From Euryarchaeota archaeon UBA602 (GTDB lineage: Archaea; Thermoplasmatota; Poseidoniia; Poseidoniales; Thalassarchaeaceae): 57,945 bases of DNA. Below the pieces are notes generated by a model. It did no database searches, had not been told where the DNA came from, and saw only the letters and a program-made list of their open reading frames with translations. The stretch lies in the NCBI GenBank assembly GCA_002498455.1, contig DAHO01000087.1, positions 1 through 57,945 of the forward strand, written 5' to 3'. Shown here piece by piece: positions 56,654 through 57,945 of the stretch (position 1 is its first letter; each line of letters begins with the position of its first letter). The position numbers were made by a program, and so were the translations under genes.

Positions 56654-57613
56654 TCAAGATTCTTCGCTTTGATGCACCTTGAACAATTCGAGGATTTTTC
56701 GATCTAAAGTAGACAGTGGTACGGATTCGGGTTCCCGGAGTTCATCCGATACGGATGGATTTGCAGAGTAAACGGTCACATGCAATTTTTTGTGACTGAA
56801 ATCATGGCGTAATTGGCCTATTTCTTTCACTTCTCGACCATTCAGTAATTGTTGAATCGCTGCTTTCCCCTCGGCATAGGGTACGCCCCATAGGCCCCCC
56901 AATGTGCGGCCCTCGCGAGCTTCCAATCGCATGCCCTGCTCACCTCCAATCACCAGTGCCGCTGCCTGGATCTGTTTCTGCTTGGTGGAACGACGCATTG
57001 GCCATTCTGTTGCGTCCTCGGATTTTGTGGCCATGCAATTATCCTCGATTGGGCACTGATTGCATTTTGGATTCCGAGGGGTACAAATCTGAGAACCCAG
57101 ATCCATCAAAGCTTGATTCCAATCTCCTGGACGAGTGGTATTCAGTAATACTGATGCTTCCTTTTGGAGTTGTGAATCCGTCATGTGTTTTGCACGAAAT
57201 CTTGAGATGACTCTACGGATATTCCCATCCACACAGGCAACCGGTTGGTTGTGTGATATTGAGGCCACGGCTGCTGCTGTGTAAGGACCAATGCCGGGTA
57301 ACTTGAGCAATGCATCGTAGGTCTTCGGCAGAGGTTTTCCCTCAAGTTCTTGAGCCAACTTGTACAGGTTTCGTGCCCGCGCATAGTACCCACACCCTTG
57401 CCAAAGAAGCAGTAGATTCTCTTCTGTATCAGCAGCGAGAACTGCTGGATTTGGATAAGCGGTTCGAATTCGTTCCCAGTAGGGAATTCCTGTTTCAATC
57501 CGAGTCTGCTGAAGGATGATTTCAGCGAGTAAGGATTCCCAAGGTGAGACTGTCTGAGTTCGCCAAGGAAGAGGGCGGGCGTGGTCATCAAACCATGCCA
57601 TCAGGCCTTGCAT
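56654..57613 (-). CDS. mutY: A/G-specific adenine DNA glycosylase
   Basis: RPLPWR, EIILQQT, WQGCGYYARARN, HhH LPGIGPYTA, VDGN, NQALMDLG, Fe-S motif CxxxxxxCxxCxxxxxC and HDFSH. Confidence 0.95.
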   Translation of the reverse strand: MQGLMAWFDDHARPLPWRTQTVSPWESLLAEIILQQTRIETGIPYWERIRTAYPNPAVLAADTEENLLLLWQGCGYYARARNLYKLAQELEGKPLPKTYDALLKLPGIGPYTAAAVASISHNQPVACVDGNIRRVISRFRAKHMTDSQLQKEASVLLNTTRPGDWNQALMDLGSQICTPRNPKCNQCPIEDNCMATKSEDATEWPMRRSTKQKQIQAAALVIGGEQGMRLEAREGRTLGGLWGVPYAEGKAAIQQLLNGREVKEIGQLRHDFSHKKLHVTVYSANPSVSDELREPESVPLSTLDRKILELFKVHQSEES

Positions 57614-57687
57614 GTACGGTCGAAGAAGTGATAGGTCATGGCGATTCCTACCGATGGCGCCATCAATGAGATGTTCGTGCGAGTGCC

Positions 57688-57927
57688 ATGGCGTCCTGTG
57701 AAGCGCGTTGGGTTGGGGATAGGGAGCGCGCTCAGGCGTTAATTTCCGCCATTGAGGCAGATGACCCTGAAATGTTCAACGCCGAGTTGACTGAAATGGA
57801 TGATGGGCAAGTCGAACTTGTCGTTCGGGTCGAAAGCAGCAACATCCCTTCGCTTCAAGCAACAATGGATGATCTTCTGGCTTGTTTGGCGGTGGCCGAA
57901 GCGAGTCTTGAGGTCATTCATGATTGA
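57688..57927 (+). CDS. pcc1: KEOPS complex subunit Pcc1
   Basis: 79 aa; ELVVRVESSNIPSLQATMDDLLACLAVAE matches the Pcc1 pattern. Confidence 0.7.
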   Translation: MASCEARWVGDRERAQALISAIEADDPEMFNAELTEMDDGQVELVVRVESSNIPSLQATMDDLLACLAVAEASLEVIHD

Positions 57928-57945
57928 GCGCCTGTTTCCCAATGG

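Overview
This is a gene-dense chromosomal segment of an archaeon, almost certainly Marine Group II (Ca. Poseidoniales, Thermoplasmatota). The assignment is inferred from PolD DP2, PriL, Rpo3, archaeal S13/S4/S11, pantoate kinase, MptE, Pcc1, a PGF-CTERM protein and a large TSP3-repeat surface protein. It holds about 44 protein genes, mostly housekeeping, plus a metal-uptake cluster (COG0523 GTPase, NikR-like regulator, giant ZnuA-like protein, ZnuC, ZnuB). The standout is a ~1.3 kb protein-free interval (about 40420-41733) that reads on the minus strand as a very large, highly structured non-coding RNA. It has its own TATA-like promoter, about 20 GNRA/UUCG-capped hairpins, and a tandemly duplicated ~330-nt 3' domain whose copies differ by compensatory base-pair changes. 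Other notable items are a ribbon-helix-helix/fumarase fusion, a CDIN1/C15orf41-like nuclease, a membrane-spanning one-component regulator, a chimeric LeuRS, a probable CTG start codon, an ~85-nt candidate sRNA with an anti-Shine-Dalgarno tract, and recurrent (G/T)TA-loop hairpins. No tRNA, rRNA, CRISPR array or transposase was seen. All calls are by-eye motif recognition with no searches run. Several start codons were moved from the ORF track to more plausible positions.
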